The notes under the pieces: generated by a model
What the model was told of the DNA's origin: nothing
Databases searched by the model: none
The model's input: only the letters and a program-made list of their open reading frames with translations
Shown: positions 45,120-54,376 of the stretch, piece after piece
Layout: every line of letters starts with the position of its first letter
How positions within the stretch are numbered: position 1 is the stretch's first letter
Program-made: the position numbers and the translations under genes
Source: Chloroflexi bacterium UBA5189
GTDB lineage: Bacteria > Chloroflexota > Limnocylindria > Limnocylindrales > CSP1-4
Length of the DNA: 64,000 nt
Assembly: GCA_002413045.1 (NCBI GenBank)
Contig: DHWF01000026.1
Location: forward strand, 91,354-155,353
Direction: 5' to 3'

Positions 45120-46817
45120 TCAGGTCTTCCCGCCGAAGATCGTGCCGAACACGCCGCGGATGAGCGATTGACCCAGACGGGAGGTTGCCACCCGACCAAC
45201 GGTGCGGACCGTCGTGTTGATCGTGCGCTGGCGGGCGCGCTCGGCGATCTTCGCCTCGCGCTCCTCGGCCTTGCGCTCGCGCTCCGCTGCGCGACGATCC
45301 TGTTCCTGGGCGCGGACCTGGCGCTGGAGCTCGGCCCGGTACTGGGCGGGCGTCATGCCGCCGAGCGCCGCGTTCTGGGCTGATTGCGCGGTCGGCGCCG
45401 CAACTCGCGTCGCTCCCGGGGCCGCCGGCGCGGCCGCGGCCGCCGCCTGCGCAACGGCCTGGTGCGCTGTGGCAAGGCGCGCCGTGATGATCTCGTGGGC
45501 GCTCTCCTTGTCGATCGTCGTGCCGTAGCGCGCGTTCAGCTGCGACGCGGCGATGAGCTGCGCAAGCTCCTGGTCCGTCAGCGGCGCCATCCGCGAATCG
45601 GGCGGGATGAGCCGCGTCGCGGCGAGCGGCGTCGGCACCCCCTTCGGTGACAGCACGGTGACCAGCGCTTCGCCGATCCCGAGCGACTGGATCGTCTGCT
45701 CGACGTCGTAGTCCGTCGTCATCGGGAACGTCCGAACGGTCTTCTTGAGCGCGTCGGCATCGTCGGGCGTGAACGCCCGCAGCGCGTGCTGGACGCGGTT
45801 GCCGAGCTGCGACAGCACCGGTGACGGGATGTCCGTCGGTGCCTGCGTCGCGAAATACACCCCGACGCCCTTCGACCTGATGAGCCGCGCGGTGCGCTCG
45901 ACCTCATCGAGGAGCGCCTGCGATGCGTCCTGGAACAGCAGGTGGGCTTCGTCGAAGAAGAAGGCGAGCTTCGGCTTCGGCAGGTCGCCGACCTCCGGGA
46001 GCGTCTCGTACAGCCGCGCCAGCATCCACAGGACGAACGTCGAGTACAGGCGCGGCCGGTCCATGACGTCGGCGACCTCGAGCAGCGTGACCATCCCGCG
46101 CCCGTCGAGCGTCGTTCGCAGGAGATCGGTCACGTCGAACTCCGGCTCGCCGAAGAAGATATCCGAGCCGTCCTCCTCGATGGTTACGATCGCTCGCAGG
46201 ATCACGCCCAGCGAGGCCGGGCTGATGCCGCCGAGGTCTTCGAGCACTGGCTTGCCGTCGTCCGAGCCGAGGAACTTGAGGGTCGTGCGGAGGTCGGCGA
46301 GATCGAGCAGCGGCAGGTGCTGGTCGTCGCAGTACCGGAAGACGAGCGAGAGGATCGAGGTCTGGGTGTCGTTGAGCTGCAGCACCTTGCCCAGCAGCAG
46401 CGGCCCGAACGACGAGACGCTCGCCCGGACGTGCGCGCCGCTCTTGCCCGAGAGGGACAGCAGCTCGAGCGGGTGCCCGCCCGGCTGGAAGGTCCAGCCG
46501 ATCGACGTGCAACGCTCGATGACGTGGGGGTCCGTTGCGTCGCCGGGGGCGCCGATCCCCGAGACGTCGCCCTTGACGTCCACCGCGAAGACCGGGACGC
46601 CGAGGGCAGAGAGCTGCCCGGCCAGGATCTGGAGCGTCTTCGTCTTGCCGGTGCCCGTCGCGCCCGCGACGAGCCCGTGCCGGTTGATCCGCGAGAGCGC
46701 GATCTGGACCCGGACGTCCGTCAGGACCTCGTCGCCGCGCATCGGCGCGCCGAGGATCACGGCCGGCTCGTCGAGCCGGTAGCCGGCGGCCATCTCGGTG
46801 CGGAACGCGTCGTCCAT
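45120..46817 (-). CDS. HerA-like / DUF853 family P-loop NTPase
   Basis: Walker A (GATGTGKT) and Walker B (LAFFFDEAHLLF) are present. The Lys/Glu-rich coiled C-terminus is typical of DUF853. The ORF-track start at 47276 is an over-extension. Confidence 0.75.
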   Translation of the reverse strand: MDDAFRTEMAAGYRLDEPAVILGAPMRGDEVLTDVRVQIALSRINRHGLVAGATGTGKTKTLQILAGQLSALGVPVFAVDVKGDVSGIGAPGDATDPHVIERCTSIGWTFQPGGHPLELLSLSGKSGAHVRASVSSFGPLLLGKVLQLNDTQTSILSLVFRYCDDQHLPLLDLADLRTTLKFLGSDDGKPVLEDLGGISPASLGVILRAIVTIEEDGSDIFFGEPEFDVTDLLRTTLDGRGMVTLLEVADVMDRPRLYSTFVLWMLARLYETLPEVGDLPKPKLAFFFDEAHLLFQDASQALLDEVERTARLIRSKGVGVYFATQAPTDIPSPVLSQLGNRVQHALRAFTPDDADALKKTVRTFPMTTDYDVEQTIQSLGIGEALVTVLSPKGVPTPLAATRLIPPDSRMAPLTDQELAQLIAASQLNARYGTTIDKESAHEIITARLATAHQAVAQAAAAAAPAAPGATRVAAPTAQSAQNAALGGMTPAQYRAELQRQVRAQEQDRRAAERERKAEEREAKIAERARQRTINTTVRTVGRVATSRLGQSLIRGVFGTIFGGKT

Positions 46818-46842
46818 CCTTGCCTGCAGGGTACGCGGGCTG

Positions 46843-47724
46843 TCAGCCCTGGGGCGCCCGCGGATACGAACCGAAAACACGGACCATCGACGCGACGGCA
46901 CGGAGCTCGTCGAGGGCCATCGCGCACTCCGAGTCTTCCTGGCGCGCGTCGAGATCCGCCCAGAACACGTACTCCCAGGCGGCCTCCCGGCTCGGCCGCG
47001 ACTCGAGCTTGGACAGGTTGATCGACCGGTTCGCGAACATCTGGAGCGCGGCGAGGAGCGTGCCCGGCTCGTTGCGGACGCCGAAGGCAAGCGTGGTCCG
47101 CCAGCGCTCTGCGGGCTCGCCGTCTCGAAGCCGCGGCGATCCGGGACCGGGTCTGCCGAGCACCAGGAATCGCGTCCGGTTGTCCGGCACGTCCTGGATC
47201 GACTGGGCGAGGATCTCGAGGCCCAACGACTCGGCCGCTCGGCGCGACAGGACTGCGGCGGCCGCTGTGTCCGCACGGCCGAGGATGAAGCGCCCGGCGC
47301 CGGCGGTGTTGTAGGTGGTCAGGAGCGACCACGGCCGCGTGCGCAGGAAGCGCTCCGCCTGGCCGAGCGCCTGGATGTGCGAATAGACGCGCTCGATCGA
47401 CTCGATCGGCCGGCCCGGGAGCGCCGCCAGGCACAGGTCCACCGGCACCACCACCTCACCGTCGATCCGGAGCGCGTGCTCGAGGAGGAGGTCGTAGGTC
47501 TCGCGGATCGTGCCGTTGACGAGGTTCTCGACGGGCACCACGCCGGCATCCGCGGCCCGCGACGCAACCGCCTCGAACACCTCCCGGAACGACCCGACGG
47601 GGAGCTTCGGCACGTCCCCGAACACCACGATCGCGGCGTCCTCGGCGAACGCCCCCGCCTCGCCCGAATACGCGATTGGCCCGCTCGTCACCAATCGGGC
47701 GTCAGCGGTCGAACCAGGGGGCAC
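46843..47724 (-). CDS. pheA: prephenate dehydratase with C-terminal ACT domain
   Basis: The PDT domain (PIAYSGEAGAFAEDAA...VPVENLVNGTI) and ACT domain (TLAFGVRNEPGTLLAALQMF) are present. The start is GTG 47724 or ATG 47745; both overlap the upstream ORF's 3' end. Confidence 0.8.
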   Translation of the reverse strand: MPPGSTADARLVTSGPIAYSGEAGAFAEDAAIVVFGDVPKLPVGSFREVFEAVASRAADAGVVPVENLVNGTIRETYDLLLEHALRIDGEVVVPVDLCLAALPGRPIESIERVYSHIQALGQAERFLRTRPWSLLTTYNTAGAGRFILGRADTAAAAVLSRRAAESLGLEILAQSIQDVPDNRTRFLVLGRPGPGSPRLRDGEPAERWRTTLAFGVRNEPGTLLAALQMFANRSINLSKLESRPSREAAWEYVFWADLDARQEDSECAMALDELRAVASMVRVFGSYPRAPQG

Positions 47725-48238
47725 CGTGATCTGCCGCCTCGTCATCCAGTTCCGCGCGGCGGCCGTGGGTCTCGGGGGCGGAGCGTCGGCCGCGACCGGC
47801 GGACTCAGCGGCGCCGGCCCAGTGTGGCTCGGCGAGCATCGCGTTGAGCGCCTCGACATAGCCCTCGATCGAGGCGGCGATGATGTTCGTGCTGCGGGCC
47901 TTGCCCTGGTAGAGGCCCGCGGATCGGCCGCCCTCGAGGCCCGCCGGCGGCTCGATGGCGACAATGACCAGGCCCTCCGCGTCCGGCCCCTCCCCGAGGG
48001 CGTGGACGTCGTAGCCGACCAGCTTCGGGTGGCCCTCCAGGACGTCGACGAGCGCGGCATCGACCGCCTTCAACAGCGCGTCGACGGCCCCGTTGCCCTC
48101 GGCTGAGGCGCGCCAGTGGTGGGTGCCCGCCTCGATCACGACGGCGCCGCGGCTCTGGGCATTGCTGCTCGAGGTCACCGTCCAGCGCGCCAGGTGGAGC
48201 GTCGGGCCGGTCGTGGTCGATGGCTGTGCGGCGGTCAT
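47702..48238 (-). CDS. stand-alone LeuA allosteric (LeuA_dimer) domain protein
   Basis: The ATG overlaps the cimA stop as ATGA. The domain (AEGNGAVDALLKAVDAAL...STNIIAASIEGYVEALNAML) matches the C-terminal regulatory domain of isopropylmalate/citramalate synthases. Confidence 0.5.
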   Translation of the reverse strand: MTAAQPSTTTGPTLHLARWTVTSSSNAQSRGAVVIEAGTHHWRASAEGNGAVDALLKAVDAALVDVLEGHPKLVGYDVHALGEGPDAEGLVIVAIEPPAGLEGGRSAGLYQGKARSTNIIAASIEGYVEALNAMLAEPHWAGAAESAGRGRRSAPETHGRRAELDDEAADHGAPWFDR

Positions 48239-49908
48239 CTCGCTCCTTCCCCGGAGATCACGGTGGTGAAGTGTCGCTCATCGCGGCGTCGAAGCTCGGC
48301 GCCGCGCTTCCAGATCGCGTACTCGAGCGAGTCGCCGAGCGCGATCGCCGAGGCCGCGATGATGTTCGTATCGGAGCCCATCGTCGACCATTCGAGGGCG
48401 CCATCGGTCGATTCGATCGTCACCCGGGTCTTCGCGGCGGTTGCCGATCCCGAATCGATGATCCGGACCTTGTAGTCGTACAGGTGGACGCTGTCGAGGA
48501 CCGGGTAGAACGCGCGGAGGGCCTTGCGGAGCGCCGCGTCGAGCGCGTTGACCGGCCCGTTGCCCTCGGCGGCGGTGTGGAGGAGCTCGCCGTCGACCTC
48601 GACCTTGACGGTCGCCTCCGCCCGCAGCTCGGCGCCGGCGCGCTGCTCGACGAGGCAGGTGTAGTCGACGAGGCGGAACGGCGGCGCATAGCCGGCCTGG
48701 TGGCGCCGGATCAGCAGCTCGAACGATGCCTCGGCGCCCTCGAACGAGAGGCCCTCGCTCTCGAGCTGCTTGATCAGGTTCGAGAGCACCCCGGGCTCGA
48801 CCACGCCGTCGAGCTGGAGGCCGAGCTGGCGCGCCCGAATCGACGTGTTGGCCCTGCCGCCGAGCTCGGACACGACGAGCCGGCCCGCGTTCCCGACCGC
48901 GGTCGGGTCGATGTGCTGGTAGCTCCGCTCCACCTTCGCGACGGCCGCGCCGTGCACGCCGCCCTTGTGCGCGAAGGCCGACCGCCCCACGTACGGCTGG
49001 TAATCGTTCGGCGCCTGGTTCGCGATCTCGGCGACCGCGCGCGAGAGATCCGTCAGCGCGGTGAGATCGCCGCCGCCGAGCGGCCGCAGCTCGAGGCTGG
49101 TCTTGAGCGCGAGGCCGGCGAGCACGCTGACCATGTTCGCGTTGCCGGTCCGCTCGCCGTAGCCGTTGATCGTCGCCTGGACGTGGCGGATGCCCGCCTG
49201 CACGGCTGCGAGCGAGTTCGCCACGGCGAGCTCCGCGTCGTTGTGGGTGTGGATGCCGAAGGTCAGCGCGGCGGCCGGCGCGTCGCCAGCGACCGGGGCG
49301 AGGTCCGCGCGGGTCGCGGCGAGGATCTCGAGCAGCTCGCTGGTCAACGTGCCGCCGTTCGTGTCGCACAGGACGAGCGTCCGGGCGCCGCCGTCGACCG
49401 CCGCGCGCAGGGTCCGGAGCGCGTACGCGGGATTCGCCTTGTAGCCGTCGAAGAAATGCTCGGCGTCGTAGATCAGCTCGCGGCCGTCGTCGACGATCAG
49501 CCGGACGCTCTCGGCGATCATCGCCAGGTTCTCGTCGAGCGTCGCGCCGAGGACCTCGGTCACGTGGAGCTCCCAGCTCTTGCCGAAGATCGTCACGACG
49601 GGCGTCTCGGCCCGGAGGAGCTCGGTGAGGTTTGGGTCGTCCTTGGCCGCATTCGAACGATGCCGTGTCGAGCCGAATGCGGCGAGCCTGGCGGTCGCCC
49701 ATCGCAGGTTCTTCGCGGCCTTGAAGAACTCGACGTCCTTCGGGTTCGAGCCGGGCCAGCCGCCCTCGACGTAGGGCATGCCGTATTCGTCCAGGAGGCG
49801 GGCGACGCGCAGCTTGTCCGCCAGCGACAGCGTGATGTTCTCGCCCTGCGTGCCGTCGCGGAGCGTCGTGTCGTACATGACGACCGGATCCGTCACGACC
49901 GCGCTCAC
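48235..49908 (-). CDS. cimA: (R)-citramalate synthase / LeuA-family synthase (CimA clade, TIGR00977-like)
   Basis: MYDTTLRDGTQGENITLS...EGGWPGSNPKD, the HxH region and its own C-terminal LeuA_dimer domain are present. GTG at 49908 overlaps the leuB stop as GTGA. Confidence 0.8.
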   Translation of the reverse strand: MSAVVTDPVVMYDTTLRDGTQGENITLSLADKLRVARLLDEYGMPYVEGGWPGSNPKDVEFFKAAKNLRWATARLAAFGSTRHRSNAAKDDPNLTELLRAETPVVTIFGKSWELHVTEVLGATLDENLAMIAESVRLIVDDGRELIYDAEHFFDGYKANPAYALRTLRAAVDGGARTLVLCDTNGGTLTSELLEILAATRADLAPVAGDAPAAALTFGIHTHNDAELAVANSLAAVQAGIRHVQATINGYGERTGNANMVSVLAGLALKTSLELRPLGGGDLTALTDLSRAVAEIANQAPNDYQPYVGRSAFAHKGGVHGAAVAKVERSYQHIDPTAVGNAGRLVVSELGGRANTSIRARQLGLQLDGVVEPGVLSNLIKQLESEGLSFEGAEASFELLIRRHQAGYAPPFRLVDYTCLVEQRAGAELRAEATVKVEVDGELLHTAAEGNGPVNALDAALRKALRAFYPVLDSVHLYDYKVRIIDSGSATAAKTRVTIESTDGALEWSTMGSDTNIIAASAIALGDSLEYAIWKRGAELRRRDERHFTTVISGEGAR

Positions 49909-51032
49909 GTCGCGGCCGCCACGCTGACGCCGAGCCGCTCGATGATCGCGACGGTCATCGCCCGCGTCCCGACCACGGTCAGGCCGGTCCGATCGCCATC
50001 CGACGGGACCAGGTCGGCCGTCCGGTAGCCGTCGTCGATCGCCGCGGCCACCGCCGCCTCGACGGATACGGCCGCCGCATCCAGCCCGAGCGACCAGCGC
50101 AGGAGCATGGCTGCCGACAGGATCGTGCCCGCCGGATTGGCGAGATCGCGGCCGGCGATGTCCGGCGCCGAGCCATGGATCGGCTCGTACAGGCCGAACC
50201 GGCCGTGCTCGGTCCGGCGGTCCCCGACGGACGCCGACGGGAGCATCCCGAGGCTGCCGGCCAGCACCGCCGCCTCGTCCGAGAGGATGTCGCCGAACAG
50301 GTTCTCGGTGACCAGGACGTCGAACGACGACGGGCGCCGAACGAGCAGCATCGCGCACGAATCGACGAGCTGGTGGTTGACCTCGACGCCGGGGTATTCC
50401 GGCCGGACCTCTTCGACGACCTTGCGCCACAGCCGCGACGTCGCGAGGACGTTCGCCTTGTCGACGCTGGTGAGCCTCCCCCGCCGGCCCCGCGCGAGCT
50501 CGAACGCGAGGCGAACCACCCGCCGGATCTCGCCCTCCGTGTACCAGAGCGTGTCGATGCCGACGCGGCCCTCGGGCGTATCGCGCTGCTCCGACGGCCG
50601 GCCGAAGTACAGCCCCGAGGTGAGCTCTCGCACGATCAGCAGGTCGACGCCCTCGAGCACCTCGGGGCGAACCGGCGAGGACGGCACGAGCGCCGGAAGG
50701 ATCGTCACCGGCCGCAGGTTGGCGAAGAGCTCGAGCCCGCCGCGGAGCGCGAACAGCGCCTGCTCCGGCCGGACCATGGCGTCCGGATCGTCCCAGCGCG
50801 GCCCACCGACCGCGCCGAGCAGCACCGCATCGCAGGTCGCGACCGCGTCCAGGTCGTCGGTTCGGAGCGCCGAGCCGTAGGCATCGATCGCCGCCCCGCC
50901 GGCCACGACGTCGAGCCAGTCGATCGCGAACCCGTCGCGCGCCGCAACCGCGTCGAGCACGGCCCGCGCGCCCGCAACCACCTCCGGTCCGACCCCGTCG
51001 CCCCCGATCGAGGCGATCCGATAGGTCGTCAA
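49905..51032 (-). CDS. leuB: 3-isopropylmalate dehydrogenase
   Basis: YRIASIGGDGVGPEV...NLFGDILSDEAA, full length. TTG start adjacent to the leuA stop. Confidence 0.85.
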   Translation of the reverse strand: MTTYRIASIGGDGVGPEVVAGARAVLDAVAARDGFAIDWLDVVAGGAAIDAYGSALRTDDLDAVATCDAVLLGAVGGPRWDDPDAMVRPEQALFALRGGLELFANLRPVTILPALVPSSPVRPEVLEGVDLLIVRELTSGLYFGRPSEQRDTPEGRVGIDTLWYTEGEIRRVVRLAFELARGRRGRLTSVDKANVLATSRLWRKVVEEVRPEYPGVEVNHQLVDSCAMLLVRRPSSFDVLVTENLFGDILSDEAAVLAGSLGMLPSASVGDRRTEHGRFGLYEPIHGSAPDIAGRDLANPAGTILSAAMLLRWSLGLDAAAVSVEAAVAAAIDDGYRTADLVPSDGDRTGLTVVGTRAMTVAIIERLGVSVAAAT

Positions 51033-52672
51033 GGCAGCTCGGCCGTTCGCGTGGCCACGAATGCGGAGGCCGCGGAGCCGGTGGCCCCGTGGAGCTTGTT
51101 GACCGCGACGAGGTATGCCTCGATCGAGGCCTCGATGATGTTCGTGCTCAACCCGTGGCCGGACACGATCAGCGCACCCGGCCCGGCGTCGTTGGAGCGG
51201 CGGCACCGAACCAGCACTCGGCCCTGCGCATCCTCGCCACCGGAGACCGCCTTGATCTCGTAGGTCTGGAGCACCGGGTGCCAGCCGAACACCGGCTCGA
51301 CCGCGGCGTCCACCGCCTCGAACAGCGCATCGACCGGCCCGTTGCCGATCGCCGCCTTCGCGTGGTCCTCGCCGCCCACGGTGAGTGCGACCATCCCGGT
51401 CGCCTTGCCCCCGTGCGACGAGGTCACGTTCCAGCCTTCGAGCCGGACAGCTTGCGGGACCTCGGACACTCGCTGCTCGACGAGCGCGATCAGGTCGTCG
51501 TCGGTGACGTCCTTCTTCTCGTCGGCGAGGTCCATCGCCTGCCGGTAGACCGCGTCGAGCGCGTCGCCCTCGAGCGTGTAGCCCAGGTCGGCGAGCTTGT
51601 TCGCGAGGCCGCGCCGGCCGGAGAGCTTGCCGATCGTGATCGACGAGCCGGTCAGTCCCACCGACTGCGGGGTCATGATCTCGTAGGTCAGCGGGTTCTT
51701 GATCACGCCGTCCTGGTGGATGCCCGACTCGTGGGCGAACGCGTTGCCGCCGACGACGGCCTTGTTTGGCTGGATGGCGAATCCGGTCAGGTAGCTGACC
51801 AGGCGCGAGGCCGCGGTCAGGTGCTCGGTCTGGACGCCGCTCGCGAGATCGGGGAACTGCGTCGGGCGCGTGCGGAGGGCCATCACGACCTCCTCGAGCG
51901 AAGCGTTGCCGGCGCGCTCGCCAAGGCCGTTGATCGTGACCTCGACCTGGCGCGCGCCGGCCTGCACGGCGGCGAGCGTGTTCGCGGTCGCCAGTCCGAG
52001 GTCGTTGTGGCAGTGGACCGAGATCGTGGCCTGGCTCCCCAGGAGCGCCACCGCCCGACCTACGAGCGCGGCGAACTCCGACGGGATCGCGTATCCGACC
52101 GTGTCCGGGATGTTGATCGTCGACGCGCCGGCCTCGACGACGGCCTCGTAGACCTTGAGCAGGAACTCCGGATCCGTGCGCGACGCGTCCTCGGCGCTGA
52201 ACTCGATCTCGACATCGCGCCCGAGCTGCTGGCGGCCATAGGCGACCCAGCGGACCGCCTCAGCGAGTGCCGTCTCGCGATCGATCCGGAGCTTGTGCTT
52301 GAGGTGGATGTCGCTGGTCGCGATGAACACGTGGAGATGCGGCCGCTCGGCGACCTTGATCGCCTCGATGGCGCGCTGCGGGTCGCCGTCGCGGCAGCGC
52401 GCGAGCGCGGCGACCGCGATCCCGCCCTTCGTCTCGCGGGCGATCCGGTTGACGGCCTCGAAGTCGCCGTTCGAGGCGGCCGGGAAGCCGGCCTCGATCA
52501 CGTCCACCTTCAGGCGCATCAGCTGGCGGGCGACCTCGAGCTTCTCGGCCGCGGTGAGACCGGCGCCGGGCGCCTGCTCGCCGTCGCGGAGGGTCGTGTC
52601 GAAGACGCGAACGCGGTCCGTCGGGGCGAGCGGCCCGGCGGGCTTCGAACGGGCGCGTGGCGCTCGGGCCAT
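51029..52672 (-). CDS. leuA: 2-isopropylmalate synthase (short form)
   Basis: [20 protein letters not shown]...[17 protein letters not shown]...LeuA_dimer C-terminus. The ATG overlaps the ilvC stop as TGATG. Confidence 0.85.
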   Translation of the reverse strand: MARAPRARSKPAGPLAPTDRVRVFDTTLRDGEQAPGAGLTAAEKLEVARQLMRLKVDVIEAGFPAASNGDFEAVNRIARETKGGIAVAALARCRDGDPQRAIEAIKVAERPHLHVFIATSDIHLKHKLRIDRETALAEAVRWVAYGRQQLGRDVEIEFSAEDASRTDPEFLLKVYEAVVEAGASTINIPDTVGYAIPSEFAALVGRAVALLGSQATISVHCHNDLGLATANTLAAVQAGARQVEVTINGLGERAGNASLEEVVMALRTRPTQFPDLASGVQTEHLTAASRLVSYLTGFAIQPNKAVVGGNAFAHESGIHQDGVIKNPLTYEIMTPQSVGLTGSSITIGKLSGRRGLANKLADLGYTLEGDALDAVYRQAMDLADEKKDVTDDDLIALVEQRVSEVPQAVRLEGWNVTSSHGGKATGMVALTVGGEDHAKAAIGNGPVDALFEAVDAAVEPVFGWHPVLQTYEIKAVSGGEDAQGRVLVRCRRSNDAGPGALIVSGHGLSTNIIEASIEAYLVAVNKLHGATGSAASAFVATRTAELP

Positions 52673-53781
52673 CAGGCGTCGAAGGTCCGATCGGAGCTTG
52701 GTTGCGTGCGAGTCGCCGGCTGGCCGTCGCCGGAGGATGCAGCGGCGGCACCGCTGACCATCGCCTGCGCCTCGCCCGCCTTGATCACCACCGGATCCAG
52801 GAACTGCATCTGCGCCCGCAGCTCCGCGCCGACCTGTTCGATCTGGTGATTGCGGTCGCGTTCGCGCAGCTCGCGGAACTCGGCGCCGCCGGCCTCCTGC
52901 ACGGCGATCCATCGATTGGCGAAGGCCCCGGTCTGGATGTCGCCGAGAACGTCCTTCATCGTCGCCTTCACGCCCTCGACGATGCGCGGCCCGGACACGT
53001 AGTCCCCGAACTCGGCGGTGTCGCTGACGCTGAAGCGCATGAAGTTGAGCCCGCCGCGATACATCAGGTCCACGATCAGCTTGAGCTCGTGCATCGTCTC
53101 GAAGTAGGCGAGCTCCGGTTGGTAGCCGGCCTCGACCAGCGTCTCGAACGCCGCCTTGATGAGCGCCGACACGCCGCCGCAGAGCAGCGCCTGCTCCCCG
53201 AACAGGTCGGTCTCGGTCTCCTCCTTGAAGGTCGTCTCGAGGACGCCGGCGCGCGTCGCGCCGATGGCGCGGGCGTAGGCGAGGGTCCGCGCTCGCGCAG
53301 TGCCAGTGCTGTCCTGCTCGACCGCGAAGAGCGCGGGCACACCGCCACCGGCCGAGTACACGCTGCGAAGCAGGTGGCCGGGGCCCTTCGGCGCGACCAT
53401 CCCCACGTCGATGCCCGGCCCCGGGCTGATCCGCCCGAACCGGATGTTGAAGCCGTGGGCGAACATCAGGAGCGTGCCCGGCTGCATGTTGGGCGCGATC
53501 TCGGCGTCGTACACCGCCTTCTGGGCCGTGTCCGGCACCAGGATCATCACGACGTCCGCCGTGCGAACCGCCTCTGCCACCGTTTCGACACGAAAATGGG
53601 CCGCCTCGGCGAGCGCGCGGCTCTTGGAACCCTCGGCGAGCCCGACGACCACGTCGACGCCGGAGTCCCGGAGATTGAGCGCGTGGGCGTGCCCCTGGCT
53701 GCCGTACCCGATCACGGCGACGAACTGCCCCGCGAGCGCCGCAGGGTCAACATCAGCGTCGTAGTACATGCGTGCGGTCAC
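52672..53781 (-). CDS. ilvC: ketol-acid reductoisomerase
   Basis: YYDADVD...[18 protein letters not shown]... class I KARI. The start is GTG 53781 or ATG 53769. Confidence 0.9.
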   Translation of the reverse strand: MTARMYYDADVDPAALAGQFVAVIGYGSQGHAHALNLRDSGVDVVVGLAEGSKSRALAEAAHFRVETVAEAVRTADVVMILVPDTAQKAVYDAEIAPNMQPGTLLMFAHGFNIRFGRISPGPGIDVGMVAPKGPGHLLRSVYSAGGGVPALFAVEQDSTGTARARTLAYARAIGATRAGVLETTFKEETETDLFGEQALLCGGVSALIKAAFETLVEAGYQPELAYFETMHELKLIVDLMYRGGLNFMRFSVSDTAEFGDYVSGPRIVEGVKATMKDVLGDIQTGAFANRWIAVQEAGGAEFRELRERDRNHQIEQVGAELRAQMQFLDPVVIKAGEAQAMVSGAAAASSGDGQPATRTQPSSDRTFDA

Positions 53782-53797
53782 CTGGCGACTCCCGTGC

Positions 53798-54376
53798 TCA
53801 TCGCTTCACTGCCTCCTCGATGGATCCGGCGCCGCGCGCCATGACGACGGCCCCGGTTCGGACCAGCTCCTTGACCCCGAAGCCGCGGACGATCGCGATG
53901 AACGCGTCGACCTCGGCCTCGCTGCCGCTCACCTCGGCGATGACCGCCTCGGTCGCGACGTCCAGCACGCGCCCGCGCGCCAGCTCGATCACCTTCAGCA
54001 CCTCGCCGCGGTTCGCGTCCGTCACCCGCAGCTTGATCAATGCGAGCTCGTGCTCCACGGTCGGCTCGGCGGTGACGTCCTGGACCTTCAGCACGTCGAT
54101 CAGCCGGTACAGCTGCTTCGCGGCCTGCTCGACCGCGATGTCGTCGCCGTGAAGGCTGATGGTCATCCGCGACAGGCCCGGGCGGTCCGTGCGGCTGACC
54201 GCGAGCGAGTCGATGTTGAAGTTGCGGGCGCGCATGAGGCTCGAGACCCGGTTCAGGACGCCGGGCTTGTCGACCACGATCGCGACGAGCCGGTGGAGGC
54301 GAGACTGGCCGCCGCCCGGGAGCGCCCGCGGCGGCGGCGCGGTGTGGGCAGGCTGCGCGGGCTGCTCGACGGTCAT
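53798..54376 (-). CDS. ilvN: acetolactate synthase small (regulatory) subunit
   Basis: ACT domain ([31 protein letters not shown]). The ATG overlaps the ilvB stop as ATGA. Confidence 0.85.
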   Translation of the reverse strand: MTVEQPAQPAHTAPPPRALPGGGQSRLHRLVAIVVDKPGVLNRVSSLMRARNFNIDSLAVSRTDRPGLSRMTISLHGDDIAVEQAAKQLYRLIDVLKVQDVTAEPTVEHELALIKLRVTDANRGEVLKVIELARGRVLDVATEAVIAEVSGSEAEVDAFIAIVRGFGVKELVRTGAVVMARGAGSIEEAVKR

